Position numbers and translations under genes: made by a program | The notes under the pieces: model-generated | The model's input: the letters and a program-made list of their open reading frames with translations, nothing else | Databases searched by the model: none | Told to the model about the DNA's origin: nothing | IMG/VR virus record: IMGVR_UViG_3300042391_001456 | Span: 38,754 to 102,753 of that record | Direction: 5' to 3' (one strand) | Source: a virus | Length of the DNA stretch: 64,000 bases | In this document: positions 1-9,766 of the stretch, piece after piece | Layout of the letters: every line of letters starts with the position of its first letter | How positions within the stretch are numbered: the stretch's first letter is position 1

Positions 1-2
1 GT

Positions 3-452
3 GATAATAAAATATCAGTTAAATTATCATTTTCGGTTGAGACATATTATCCAGCCTGGAGATCTGATAAATTTGCAGATGTTGGTTATGTTATAGATGG
101 TGGTGACGGTATGTCTGATTTAAATGGTTATAATAATAGTGGTGTTGTTCCTTGGTATATGAGCGGTACGCCTGATATTGATGAGCCTACACCATTTCCA
201 TTACCGGATACAAATTTACCAAAACCACTAAAACCTAGAACTATACCTACTGGTATAACCGGATCACTTTGGCCTAAATTAATAGGTACTTCCGGTTCTT
301 CCGGTTCTTCCGGTTCTTCCGGTTCTTTTGGTACTTCTGTTTTTCGAGATGAAAATAATGGATATTCAACAAACACAATATCCACCAATCCAAAAAGATC
401 AAAGTGGTATGATAATATACTTAGAGCTAGAGAGGAATTTAGAAAAAGGTAA
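3..452 (+). CDS. 3' end of a probable virion structural protein (possibly gp15-like tail terminator), truncated by the window edge
   Basis: Frame is open from base 3 (DNKISVKLSFSVETYYPAW...) through the ORF-track start at 111. The L-x-F-x-V-x-T-Y-Y-P segment resembles the gp15 C-terminus. Contains a GTSGSSGSSGSSGS tract. Confidence 0.4.
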   Translation, partial: DNKISVKLSFSVETYYPAWRSDKFADVGYVIDGGDGMSDLNGYNNSGVVPWYMSGTPDIDEPTPFPLPDTNLPKPLKPRTIPTGITGSLWPKLIGTSGSSGSSGSSGSFGTSVFRDENNGYSTNTISTNPKRSKWYDNILRAREEFRKR

Positions 453-519
453 AAAATAGAAAAAAATGATATTTTTTACTTAATATATATAATCAGAATA
501 TAAAAAAATATGAAATAAC

Positions 520-1803
520 ATGAAGAATCTAAAACTTGAATTATTTAATTTTAAGAAGAATTTAACTCTTGAACAGGACGAAATCTCTTCTATAGTTGAA
601 AGTCACATGAATGCATGCAATGTTGCATCTGAAAAGACAATAATTAATTCTCTTAATGAGAAATTAAAAACATACACATATGATAAAGAAGTTAAATCTC
701 TATTAGAGAGTTTAAACGATGATATGAAAAATTATGAATTATTGTATGAATTGAAAAATTTATATAATGTTCTTAATACAAAAAATCAAGGTGAACTTTA
801 TAGACAACCAATTAATGTTCTTTTACAAACAATCAATCTTGAAGATGATCAAGATAGAATGTCTAAAGTACTTAATGAGTTATCTGTTTATGATTGGGTT
901 CCAGAAATTAAATTATTTGTACATAATTTAACAAAATCACCTGAAAAGAGAACAAACTTACTTAGTGGTGGTAAAGGAGAATCAATTTTTACATTAGTTG
1001 AGTCTGTTGAAGATGGACACATTGTTTTAGTTAAAGATTCTTGGTTTTTATTGACTGAAAATACAATTGAAAAAACTTTATTGGAAAATAATATTAAAGA
1101 TGCTGAGGAATTAAAAACTTTAAGAATTTTAGAAACAGCAATGAAATATTCTAATATCACCGAAGATAGAATTAATTTTAGATTATCCGAATATCTAACA
1201 ATTGGATTATCTGTTGATAAAAAAGGTAAAATATTCATTAATGATGATGAAATGAATAATGAGACTACTTTGGAAAGTCTTTTCAATTCACCAATTATTC
1301 CAATTGTTAATAAAAACTTCTACCCTGTTCTTTTAGAAACGTCTAAAAATTTAGATAAGTTTATGGAGTTAGATGTTGTTAAAAGAGTTAATAACTTAAT
1401 TAATCCTTATTTAGAATGTTTCGCATTTAATTATAAAAACTCACTATATTTATATAGATGTGATGAAAGACATGGAAATTCTTTTTTCAAATATGATTCA
1501 GCTTTAGAATTAGTTAATGAAGTAAGAAATGAATTAAATTATGATTTAACTTATTTCTTCGAGAATAAACTTTCTAAAGAAATGGTCGTTAAAAGAAAAT
1601 TAGAAGATAAAGAAAGAGAAATTACTCTTAAATTAGAAGATGTTCAATTTAATATTGAGAAACTTAAAGGATCTATCAAGATGATTGGTGAATCTGACGT
1701 TTTAATAACAGCTTTAAATAATTTAGAAAAAAGAGAAAATATTTTAAACTCAGAATTAGACGGAGTAAAAGAACTTCAATATAACGAAAGAGTTAAATTA
1801 TAA
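520..1803 (+). CDS. hypothetical protein, probably late/structural, with coiled-coil C-terminus
   Basis: 427 aa ORF preceded by a TAATATATA motif (481-489) and followed by a hairpin terminator. Confidence 0.6.
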   Translation: MKNLKLELFNFKKNLTLEQDEISSIVESHMNACNVASEKTIINSLNEKLKTYTYDKEVKSLLESLNDDMKNYELLYELKNLYNVLNTKNQGELYRQPINVLLQTINLEDDQDRMSKVLNELSVYDWVPEIKLFVHNLTKSPEKRTNLLSGGKGESIFTLVESVEDGHIVLVKDSWFLLTENTIEKTLLENNIKDAEELKTLRILETAMKYSNITEDRINFRLSEYLTIGLSVDKKGKIFINDDEMNNETTLESLFNSPIIPIVNKNFYPVLLETSKNLDKFMELDVVKRVNNLINPYLECFAFNYKNSLYLYRCDERHGNSFFKYDSALELVNEVRNELNYDLTYFFENKLSKEMVVKRKLEDKEREITLKLEDVQFNIEKLKGSIKMIGESDVLITALNNLEKRENILNSELDGVKELQYNERVKL

Positions 1804-1820
1804 TATCAATATATTAATTA

Positions 1821-1848
1821 AAAATCCTCAGAGAAATCTGGGGATTTT
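1821..1848 (+). terminator. intrinsic terminator
   Basis: aaaatcctcaga-gaaa-tctggggatttt hairpin followed by a T-run. Confidence 0.65.
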
Positions 1849-1899
1849 TGTTTTTATTCTCTTTTTTTATTTAATATATATAGAAAAATATATTATATT

Positions 1900-2700
1900 A
1901 TGAGTGATGTAAATGGATATGGTGATCAATATGTACCCGGAGGTGGTGGATATACAATCGAAGAAATGATTGATTTAGTACAAACTGAGTTAACAGTTGC
2001 CTGTGCTCTCCCAAAGACCTTACCAGATGCTAGTATTAGACAAATTATTGAAAATAGAGCACTCCCATGGTTCTATAGATGGTATCAATATTCAGTTCAA
2101 AAAATTTATTACCTAATCAGAAAAGAAGCTTTTTATACTGATGAATTTACAAAATTTAGATACGTTGAAGTTCCTTGTGATATTCAAAGTGTTACATGGT
2201 TATATGAAGTTAGAGATCAAAGTCTTTTCCAACTTGGTATAAATACTCCAAATTTATCTGTAAACTTAGGTGTTACTAACCAACCATTTCTATCATCATA
2301 TGTTACCACAATATCAGAATTGGGTGTTTATAAGACACTTCTTGATAATATGAGTGATATGTTGAACCAAATGAATAAATATACTCTTAAACACCACTTC
2401 AATCAATTAAACCATCGAATACACATATTAACAAATGTTAAGTATGATGTTATAATGGAGGCTTATGCCAATATACCTAGAGAAAAATTGTTTATGGATG
2501 ATCTTTTTTATAAGTATTGCGTAGGATGGAGTAAAGTTATGTTAGGTAATATGGTGGGAAGGTATGATTTCCAACTCCCCGGCGCCGTGAAAATAAATAG
2601 CGCGGATTTAATATCACAAGGAAAAGAAGAAGTTAAAGAAGTGGAGGAAGAAATCAAAGGTCAATCAAATTCCTCGTTTTTTATAATGGTGAAACGCTAA
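1900..2700 (+). CDS. neck protein, T4 gp13-like
   Basis: C-terminal KVMLGNMVGRYDFQLPGAVKINSADLISQGKEE matches the gp13 pattern (G..lgkf..qLPGGv.iN...l..eg). Confidence 0.75.
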   Translation: MSDVNGYGDQYVPGGGGYTIEEMIDLVQTELTVACALPKTLPDASIRQIIENRALPWFYRWYQYSVQKIYYLIRKEAFYTDEFTKFRYVEVPCDIQSVTWLYEVRDQSLFQLGINTPNLSVNLGVTNQPFLSSYVTTISELGVYKTLLDNMSDMLNQMNKYTLKHHFNQLNHRIHILTNVKYDVIMEAYANIPREKLFMDDLFYKYCVGWSKVMLGNMVGRYDFQLPGAVKINSADLISQGKEEVKEVEEEIKGQSNSSFFIMVKR

Positions 2701-2749
2701 GTGAAAAGGACACATTTTTTTATATACCAATATAAAAAATTTGAAATTA

Positions 2750-2779
2750 AAAAAACCAGTCTAATGACTGGTTTTTTTT
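2750..2779. terminator. bidirectional intrinsic terminator
   Basis: aaaaaaccagtc-taat-gactggtttttt between convergent genes. Confidence 0.8.
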
Positions 2780-2781
2780 AA

Positions 2782-3090
2782 TTAATAAAAAGAATATTTA
2801 TCTTCTTCTTTAACACAATAAATTGATATTGGTTCTAACTTAATGTTATTATCATCTTCGGTCACCATAAATCTAATTGTACCATCAATTATTTCTTGAT
2901 TTGAAATTTTAATAGAAGAATTAGTTAATTCTTTCAACTCATTATAAATTTCAAAGGTATTATCAATAGTTATAAAATTTTTATTACCATTTATCTTACC
3001 TAGATTGCCGTTATCGAAATATGATTTTTCGATTAATGATTTCAATAAATCGGAATTATCTAATTCCATTTTTACTTCATACTTTACCAT
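2782..3090 (-). CDS. hypothetical protein
   Basis: 102 aa ORF in a tightly packed minus-strand run. Confidence 0.6.
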   Translation of the reverse strand: MVKYEVKMELDNSDLLKSLIEKSYFDNGNLGKINGNKNFITIDNTFEIYNELKELTNSSIKISNQEIIDGTIRFMVTEDDNNIKLEPISIYCVKEEDKYSFY

Positions 3091-3113
3091 TTATATTTGT
3101 TTTTAGTTATTAC

Positions 3114-3338
3114 TTAATTATGATATGTTATATTAACTGAGGTTATATCTTCTATATTTAGATATGTTTTATTTTTAGTTAAAATTTCTTTAAGAAGTTT
3201 TAAACTATCTGGTAGATCTTTATAATCTGTATTTTTATTTATTTTTTTAATAATTGGTGTTAAAGAGTTTATTTGAGTATTTGTTACTTCAATTTTTTCT
3301 CTTTTATCTTCAGTGTCTATAACTAAAAATGCTTTCAT
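3114..3338 (-). CDS. hypothetical protein
   Basis: 74 aa ORF. Confidence 0.55.
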   Translation of the reverse strand: MKAFLVIDTEDKREKIEVTNTQINSLTPIIKKINKNTDYKDLPDSLKLLKEILTKNKTYLNIEDITSVNITYHN

Positions 3339-3369
3339 AATTATTTTATATTTTACTTATATATAAGTT

Positions 3370-3756
3370 TTAATCTTGTGTAATTAGATTTTTTATTTTT
3401 TCAACACCATCTGGATTTACTGAATGAATTATATACTCTGGGAATATTAAATTATTTATTTTACAATAATTTAATAAAAATTTGGTACAATCTAACCCAG
3501 TGTAAACTCTATTCTCATTTAAATCAAACCATTCTTCAATTACCAGTTCTTCTTTTAGTTCTTCAACATCGGCTAAATCATAATCAAATGAAACTAAATC
3601 GGGAACACCATTTATTTCAATCCATTTAGTAAATTGTCCATAAGATCGAACTATATTCCATTCTTCGTGAAAGATTGTACAATTAACTTTTCGTTGCCAC
3701 ATATATTGTGCACAATCTCGTGGAATTCTCCAATCATCTAAGAATAATCTTTTCAT
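3370..3756 (-). CDS. cyclic-phosphate-processing receiver-like (cREC) domain protein
   Basis: LFLDDWRIP ... DLVSFDYDL ... TGLDC ... IHSVNP motifs. Start probably MKRLF at 3756. Confidence 0.75.
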   Translation of the reverse strand: MKRLFLDDWRIPRDCAQYMWQRKVNCTIFHEEWNIVRSYGQFTKWIEINGVPDLVSFDYDLADVEELKEELVIEEWFDLNENRVYTGLDCTKFLLNYCKINNLIFPEYIIHSVNPDGVEKIKNLITQD

Positions 3757-3795
3757 AATAGCAAACATAAGGATAATTTTTTAATATATAAAATA

Positions 3796-3880
3796 TAACC
3801 GGGTGACGTAAGTCCCATATTTTAGGACCGGTATTAGTTACATCTAATAGAAAAAGAGGAATTCGCTACTCCTCTTTTTC
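3796..3880 (+). ncRNA. candidate structured small RNA with its own terminator
   Basis: GC-rich island after TAATATATA (3782-3790): ACCGG/CCGGT stem, GAC-GTAA-GTC tetraloop hairpin, TATTAG/CTAATA hairpin, then AAAAAGAGGA...TCCTCTTTTT. Confidence 0.45.
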
Positions 3881-3884
3881 ATTT

Positions 3885-4826
3885 TTATAACTTTATGATA
3901 TAACAGAGTGCGAAATATGTAGGTCTATTTTCGATTGGAGTTGGGTCATTTGGTATGTAAACCGTATCTCCATTAAATGTAATACTTTTGAAACCAGGAC
4001 CATCTTTTTTGGGTCCAGTTCCATAATTTGAAAAAATAGTTGGAGTCCACATCCCACCATCACCATCTACACCTTTGTTACCAGTTGAATCGGTTCCGGA
4101 TGTAGCGGCAGTTACTGTAGTGACAGCTTCATAATATGATCCATAAGTATTTGGATCGACTTTACTTTTTGCAAATGTGTAACCATTATTTCGGTAGTAT
4201 TTATGTTCGTGTTCTGGAATATTTTTAAGAGTTAATATATTATTATTAACCCCTCCTTTATCACCAACATTATATCCAGAACCTATTACTGAGTTATTAT
4301 CACCACCTGCCCCAACTATAAATCTTTCTCTTAGATCTAATAGTTGAGGATTATCGCCGGAACCACCAAATGGGTAGTTTTGACCTTTTAATTGATTATA
4401 TAAACTCGTATCACCATACGTATTTTTATCTAATACCCTACCATCACAGATAATCCATCCACCTGGTATTCCACTGTACCCCCACATTACTATTGTTCCT
4501 GGTAATACGTATGATGCGGTTGTCAATTGTTGATTTAGTTGAGTATTTTGTTCATCTAATTTCTTTTTTAAATCATCTATTTGATCTTGTAGATCTTTAA
4601 ATAAATCTGTGTTGGTTGTGTTATTAGTATTTGTTACATTTACATTTCCACCATCAGTTGAATCTTCACCGACACCTTCTACATTAATAGAAACTTCTTG
4701 CCCAAATAGAGTAAAGACAACAGTATTACCCCATCCATCATAGAATTTACCATCAATTGTTTGTATAATTCTACCATATCCATGTGTGTCTAAGGAATGT
4801 ATTTGATATTCAGGGTATCTAGGCAT
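3885..4826 (-). CDS. tail fibre / baseplate protein with tail-collar domain
   Basis: PGTIVMW..IPGGWIICDG...LLDLRERFIVGAG...LTLKNIPEHEH...ENRPTYFALCYIIKL collar-type signature. Confidence 0.85.
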   Translation of the reverse strand: MPRYPEYQIHSLDTHGYGRIIQTIDGKFYDGWGNTVVFTLFGQEVSINVEGVGEDSTDGGNVNVTNTNNTTNTDLFKDLQDQIDDLKKKLDEQNTQLNQQLTTASYVLPGTIVMWGYSGIPGGWIICDGRVLDKNTYGDTSLYNQLKGQNYPFGGSGDNPQLLDLRERFIVGAGGDNNSVIGSGYNVGDKGGVNNNILTLKNIPEHEHKYYRNNGYTFAKSKVDPNTYGSYYEAVTTVTAATSGTDSTGNKGVDGDGGMWTPTIFSNYGTGPKKDGPGFKSITFNGDTVYIPNDPTPIENRPTYFALCYIIKL

Positions 4827-4848
4827 AATATATTTTTATTTTTATATA

Positions 4849-5835
4849 TTAAAGCCAATCTTTTTTCTTAAAGAATATTATTAGAGATGTTGCTATTGAT
4901 ACTATAATTCCCCAAAAGATGAAATAACCCCATCTCCATTTTAATTCTGGTAGGTATTCAAAATTCATCCCATATATACCCGCCAAAAATGTTAATGGTA
5001 TGAATATTGTACTTATTATTGTTAAGAGTTTCATTATTTGGTTCATTTTTTGACCTTGAATTGAATAATATAAATTTGATAATCCATCTAGTATTTGTTT
5101 AGTATCATCAATTTCATCTAAGATATCAACTATATTATCATAGAGTTCATGAAAAAATCTTCTATTATCAGATTCGATTAGATTTGTATTCATGTTTTCT
5201 AAATGTGTTAATATATTTTTAAAAGGAGTTACTAGTTTTTTCAACTCCAACAATTTTCTTTTTTGTTGTTCTATTTGATTGAAATCAAATTTAGACTTAT
5301 CACTATTTATGTCTTTTTCAATCGAGTTAACTTCTTTGTTAATAGAGTATAGAATATCAAAATAGTTATCAATTAAACAACTCAATAGTCTATATAATAG
5401 ATAATCGCTCGATTTTTGTCGTATTCTGCCTCTATCATTTACTATTCTATCTCTAACATCATTAAAATGGTCTAATTTTTTACTTTGAAATGATATTAAA
5501 AAATTGCTACCTAATATAAAAGTTATTTTATTCTTTTTTATTTCATTTTTTTCCATCTTCCCGGATTTTATGGTAAAAAAGATATAATATGTATATTCCT
5601 CCAACTTGGGTTTTAAATCTTTAAATATATCTTCAGTTGTTACTTTATCAATATTAAAGTTATCACATAGTTTTTTTATATGATCAACATCATCTATATT
5701 GTGAAAGTTTAACCAATTCACACTTTTATCACAAATTTGATCGTAATTAAAACTCTTAGAGAAATATTCAGGATTATTAATCTCTAAATTATATTCATTT
5801 GAATTGTAGTGATAAAATTGGCATATTTTTTTCAT
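4849..5835 (-). CDS. corA: CorA-family Mg2+/Co2+ transporter
   Basis: MKLLTIISTIFIPLTFLAGIYGMNFEYLPEL signature (GMN motif) and two C-terminal TM helices. Confidence 0.93.
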   Translation of the reverse strand: MKKICQFYHYNSNEYNLEINNPEYFSKSFNYDQICDKSVNWLNFHNIDDVDHIKKLCDNFNIDKVTTEDIFKDLKPKLEEYTYYIFFTIKSGKMEKNEIKKNKITFILGSNFLISFQSKKLDHFNDVRDRIVNDRGRIRQKSSDYLLYRLLSCLIDNYFDILYSINKEVNSIEKDINSDKSKFDFNQIEQQKRKLLELKKLVTPFKNILTHLENMNTNLIESDNRRFFHELYDNIVDILDEIDDTKQILDGLSNLYYSIQGQKMNQIMKLLTIISTIFIPLTFLAGIYGMNFEYLPELKWRWGYFIFWGIIVSIATSLIIFFKKKDWL

Positions 5836-5871
5836 AATTCTATATATTAAAAATTAATATATAGAATTATG
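5833..5871. promoter_or_regulatory. perfect 18-bp inverted repeat holding divergent late-promoter-like motifs and both start codons
   Basis: cataattctatatattaa-aaa-ttaatatatagaattatg. Confidence 0.8.
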
Positions 5872-7113
5872 GATATAATAAAATTTTCAAAATTTAACGA
5901 GAATGTTCAACTACCAGTTTTAGATATTGTTATTGATTCAAATGGTAAACTTTATAATGGTAGATTTGGAGACCTAATAAAGGGTAATGTTGTTATTAAA
6001 AAAGTAAAAGGTATAAATACCACAGTTGATATATTGGGTAGTGATAATAAGAGCTATGTTGCTGGTATAGATAAAAATGGATATTTAGTCGCGCCACCAT
6101 CTAATATAAAAGACGATTGTTTATTTGTAAATGGTGATTTTGTTAAAATACCTATAGATGTTTTAAATTCTATGAAGAAAAAAGATTCTATTTGGAGATT
6201 TGGTGTTGATTACACACAATTATTATCATCAGAATCTACTGGTTGGGTTAATGTTAAAATTGATATGGAGATCTTTAAAAGAGTTAAAAGATATTCATCT
6301 GGATTGGGCAGTGTTAAAAGAGGACACACAGCATTTATTTCAAAATTAGAGGATTTAAACTCTATTAACTTTATTAAAAAAAGAAAAAGAAGTATTAAAA
6401 GTATTCAAAGAGAAATGTCTGTTATAATGTTATTGCATTATATCGAAGAAATTAAAAGTTTTTTCACACCATCAGCAGCTGGATTTTTATTCGAATCTTT
6501 TATCGCTGGATTAATTCCAAATGCTAAAGTAATTAGTGATAATAGCGCAGCTGATATTGTTTCGGATGGTAGAGGTTATCAGGTTAAAACTTTAGATGCT
6601 CACAATAACCCAAGTGTTGAGTTTATTATGAGAGATATTGATGGTGTTAAACAATTTTTAGATCATTATGTTGTTTGTTTTAAGTATGCTGATAGAATAG
6701 AAATCTATGTATTGGATGGTGATGTCTCATCACCATCATATTGTGGTAATCTTTTGAAAAATAGTAAGACCTTTACAAAAGTTGATAAGAAAAATCAAGT
6801 AACAAAAATCTATAGAGAATCTTCATATTCTAGAATAAATACATCTAAAATTAATCCATATATTATTAATTTATTGGGAATTGATGAGAGTATTGATATT
6901 ATATCAATGGGTTTAAAAGAAACTTTAAATAAATTATATACCGAGTTATCATCATTTCAATATAACGTAGAAACTATTGTTGCTGGAGTTAATAAAGATG
7001 GTAAACTAATCGGAACAAATGAATTCGATGCTTATAGTAATTTGGCTAGAAAGAATGCTGAAATTATGAAAGGTGAGTTAGAAAACTTAATAAAACATTA
7101 CAAAAGAGATTAA
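5869..7113 (+). CDS. hypothetical protein with PD-(D/E)XK nuclease-like motif and CTS-like N-terminus
   Basis: GFLFESFIAGL ... ADIVSDGRGYQVKT; N-terminus MDIIKFSKFNEN. Confidence 0.55.
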   Translation: MDIIKFSKFNENVQLPVLDIVIDSNGKLYNGRFGDLIKGNVVIKKVKGINTTVDILGSDNKSYVAGIDKNGYLVAPPSNIKDDCLFVNGDFVKIPIDVLNSMKKKDSIWRFGVDYTQLLSSESTGWVNVKIDMEIFKRVKRYSSGLGSVKRGHTAFISKLEDLNSINFIKKRKRSIKSIQREMSVIMLLHYIEEIKSFFTPSAAGFLFESFIAGLIPNAKVISDNSAADIVSDGRGYQVKTLDAHNNPSVEFIMRDIDGVKQFLDHYVVCFKYADRIEIYVLDGDVSSPSYCGNLLKNSKTFTKVDKKNQVTKIYRESSYSRINTSKINPYIINLLGIDESIDIISMGLKETLNKLYTELSSFQYNVETIVAGVNKDGKLIGTNEFDAYSNLARKNAEIMKGELENLIKHYKRD

Positions 7114-7117
7114 AGTT

Positions 7118-7405
7118 ATGAAAATATTAAAATATTTAGATTTTATAAACGAATCGCTACCACGTCAACAATCAGTTGATCAGTTAAAACGTGTTATGAA
7201 ACAATCATCAAAAACTGATATTGGTAATAGAATTTCTGATATGAATAAACAGGGAGCTAATATACAATATATTCAAAATCCAATTGATAATGGCATCGAA
7301 TCTTTTGAGGATTGGCAAAAGCATAATAAGAAATTTGTTTCTTCTTGGAACTTAAAAGGAATGTTAGGACCATTTAAAGGTGAAGATAATAAGCAAAATA
7401 AATAA
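7118..7405 (+). CDS. small putative internal head protein
   Basis: N-terminus MKILKYLDFINES resembles the T4 capsid targeting sequence. Confidence 0.6.
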   Translation: MKILKYLDFINESLPRQQSVDQLKRVMKQSSKTDIGNRISDMNKQGANIQYIQNPIDNGIESFEDWQKHNKKFVSSWNLKGMLGPFKGEDNKQNK

Positions 7406-7407
7406 TT

Positions 7408-8148
7408 ATGATTTTTTTAAAAAAATATTCAAATTTTATGAATAATGGAATAATAATAGCCATTGGAGGTTCTGAAAATGTTGTAGATAATACTATTTTA
7501 TCAGAAGTTATAAAAAATTCAAAATTCAAAAAAAATTCAAAAATTATAATAATCCCAACTGCATCATCCCATCAAGATGATGTCGATGTTAAATATAAAA
7601 CAGCATTCGAGAAATTAGGGTGTAAGTATATAAAAACACTATTTATATCATCTAAGGATCAAGTTGATTCAGAAGATAATTTGAATCTATTAAAAGAATC
7701 TAATATCTTAATGTTTTCTGGTGGTGATCAATCTAGAATAAGTGAATGTTTTATAGGAACTAAATTTTTAGAAATTTTAATAAATAAATTTAATTCAGAT
7801 CATTTTGTTGTAGCTGGTACTTCAGCCGGTGCTATGTGTTTATCTAATAATATGATAACCGGTGGAGATAAAATTGTTAAATGTGGAGTGGGTTTATCAT
7901 TTATTCCGGAACTAATAATAGATACTCATTTTACGGAAAGAAATAGATTATCTAGATTATCTAATGCAATTTCAATCTATCCAAATAGAATTGGTGTTGG
8001 TTTATCTGAAGATACTGGAATTATTATAAAGAATAATGAAATAGAAGTTATTGGAACGGGTAGTGTTACTGTTTTTAATTTTGAGGATTTAAAAGAATTA
8101 AAATTTAAAGTTTTATATTCTGGTGATAAGTCAATTTTAAATAAATAA
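7408..8148 (+). CDS. cphB: cyanophycinase-like serine peptidase (S51)
   Basis: IAIGGSE, IIPTAS, FSGGDQSR, GTSAGAM (catalytic Ser), IDTHFTERNRLSRL, GVGLSEDTG. Confidence 0.88.
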   Translation: MIFLKKYSNFMNNGIIIAIGGSENVVDNTILSEVIKNSKFKKNSKIIIIPTASSHQDDVDVKYKTAFEKLGCKYIKTLFISSKDQVDSEDNLNLLKESNILMFSGGDQSRISECFIGTKFLEILINKFNSDHFVVAGTSAGAMCLSNNMITGGDKIVKCGVGLSFIPELIIDTHFTERNRLSRLSNAISIYPNRIGVGLSEDTGIIIKNNEIEVIGTGSVTVFNFEDLKELKFKVLYSGDKSILNK

Positions 8149-8275
8149 TATAATTAAAAAATGATATATAGAATATTAAGTATTTAAAAAGATTTAATGA
8201 GGTTATATAGACTTAGAAACACAAAAAAGATTTAAAAAATATGTATATCAATACATAAAAAAATAAATAGTAAAT

Positions 8276-8599
8276 ATGAAATATTTAAAAACGTTTGAGA
8301 GTTATAGTGAGAAAGGTTTAGCTCAGGAAATTGCTGAAGACATTCTACCAAAACTACAAGAAATTAAAAAAGAGAAAGGTATTTTTACAGTAGGTATGTT
8401 TGATAACTACATGGAAGAAAGAAAAGGTGATATGAAATTAACTGACGAAGTTATGTCTGAATTAGTTAATATGGGATTTGATTTTGATTCTGGTGATGAT
8501 GATGATTTCTACTTTGTAGAAGATGACGAAGAAGGTGATGTTCCACCACCTCCTCCTGGCTTCGAAGGTTATCCAGGGATGGAATATAGTTTAAACTAA
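8276..8599 (+). CDS. acidic putative internal head protein
   Basis: N-terminus MKYLKTFESY; acidic, Pro-rich C-terminus. Confidence 0.6.
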   Translation: MKYLKTFESYSEKGLAQEIAEDILPKLQEIKKEKGIFTVGMFDNYMEERKGDMKLTDEVMSELVNMGFDFDSGDDDDFYFVEDDEEGDVPPPPPGFEGYPGMEYSLN

Positions 8600-8613
8600 A
8601 AAAATAAATATAA

Positions 8614-8799
8614 GTGATGAAACATTTAAGAAAATTCAACGAAGCTGCTAAAGTTGAAAAAACATCTAAGAAAGATGAGATTGAAGACTTTATCAGTAAG
8701 AATAAGAAAAACAAATCTTCTTACGAAATGTATAAAGTATTAAGAGAAAAAGGTTATACTGAAGCCAATCTTAAAGATTATTTCTACGATAACTACTAA
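8614..8799 (+). CDS. small putative internal head protein
   Basis: N-terminus MKHLRKFNEA. Confidence 0.6.
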   Translation: MMKHLRKFNEAAKVEKTSKKDEIEDFISKNKKNKSSYEMYKVLREKGYTEANLKDYFYDNY

Positions 8800-8815
8800 A
8801 AATTAATTATACATT

Positions 8816-9418
8816 ATGTTAAAAAGTAAATCAAAAATGATTAAACCAATTACACTTCCTGAATACAAAGGTGATAGGGTTTATATGCACGAATTTGATA
8901 TGGCTAATCCTTCACTACCAATTGGTTATGAAAGATGGAATGGTGTTCTTAAAGAAATAATCGCTAGTTCACCAAAACAAACTGGGAAAGCTTATATCAC
9001 TATTGATGAGAAAATTGTAAGAGCTGGTGAATCTCATAGAAGAGGTGGACCACATACTGATGGAAACTATCTATTTGGATGGGGCGGCGGTGGGGGCGGC
9101 TGGTTAACTGGTGAAGATGGTAGATTTCTACCAAGAGAACAACACAAAGAACAATATTGTTCTGATAAAGGTGGTATGTTAATTGTCTCTTCTTACGAGG
9201 CTTGTAAAGGTTGGGATGGAGATTTTGATGGAGAACCAAACCAAGGTGGTGATTGTTCACACTTAGACCTTTCTAAATTAGAAAGTTATAATCTTAAAGC
9301 AAATACTTTATATTGGGGAAATAGTACATTCATCCACGAATCACTACCATTGGAAGAAGATGTTAAAAGACAATTAATTAGAATAACTCTACCAGCTGAT
9401 GCTGAAGAATTAGTTTAA
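8816..9418 (+). CDS. putative 2OG-Fe(II) oxygenase-fold protein
   Basis: HRRGGPHTDG (HxD) ... HESLP ... RQLIR pattern. Confidence 0.65.
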   Translation: MLKSKSKMIKPITLPEYKGDRVYMHEFDMANPSLPIGYERWNGVLKEIIASSPKQTGKAYITIDEKIVRAGESHRRGGPHTDGNYLFGWGGGGGGWLTGEDGRFLPREQHKEQYCSDKGGMLIVSSYEACKGWDGDFDGEPNQGGDCSHLDLSKLESYNLKANTLYWGNSTFIHESLPLEEDVKRQLIRITLPADAEELV

Positions 9419-9454
9419 GATAGTGATTGTCAAATATCTAGACAGTCTTAAATA

Positions 9455-9484
9455 AAAAACCCACTCAATTTGAGTGGGTTTTTT
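9455..9484. terminator. bidirectional intrinsic terminator
   Basis: aaaaacccactca-att-tgagtgggttttt. Confidence 0.85.
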
Positions 9485-9541
9485 CATTTATATACATTAT
9501 TAGATTTCTAACCATTCTTTTTCTACGAAGAGTATTATCTA

Positions 9542-9766
9542 TTATTTATCAATTATTTGGTCAATTTTTTCGTCACGAATTTCAGATTTAGATTTAATGA
9601 CCGTTAATCTACTCTCAGAAATAACATCAACTTCATCATTATAATCATCACCTAAATATTCAATTACTTCATCCTCGGAATTTGCTAAGTAAACACCACA
9701 AACACAATCCCATCCCATTTCTACATTGGTTAGGACATAGATATTTTTACCTTTTAAGTCTATCAT
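9542..9766 (-). CDS. hypothetical protein with C-terminal RDEKIDQII tag
   Basis: 74 aa ORF ending SEIRDEKIDQIIDK. Confidence 0.65.
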   Translation of the reverse strand: MIDLKGKNIYVLTNVEMGWDCVCGVYLANSEDEVIEYLGDDYNDEVDVISESRLTVIKSKSEIRDEKIDQIIDK

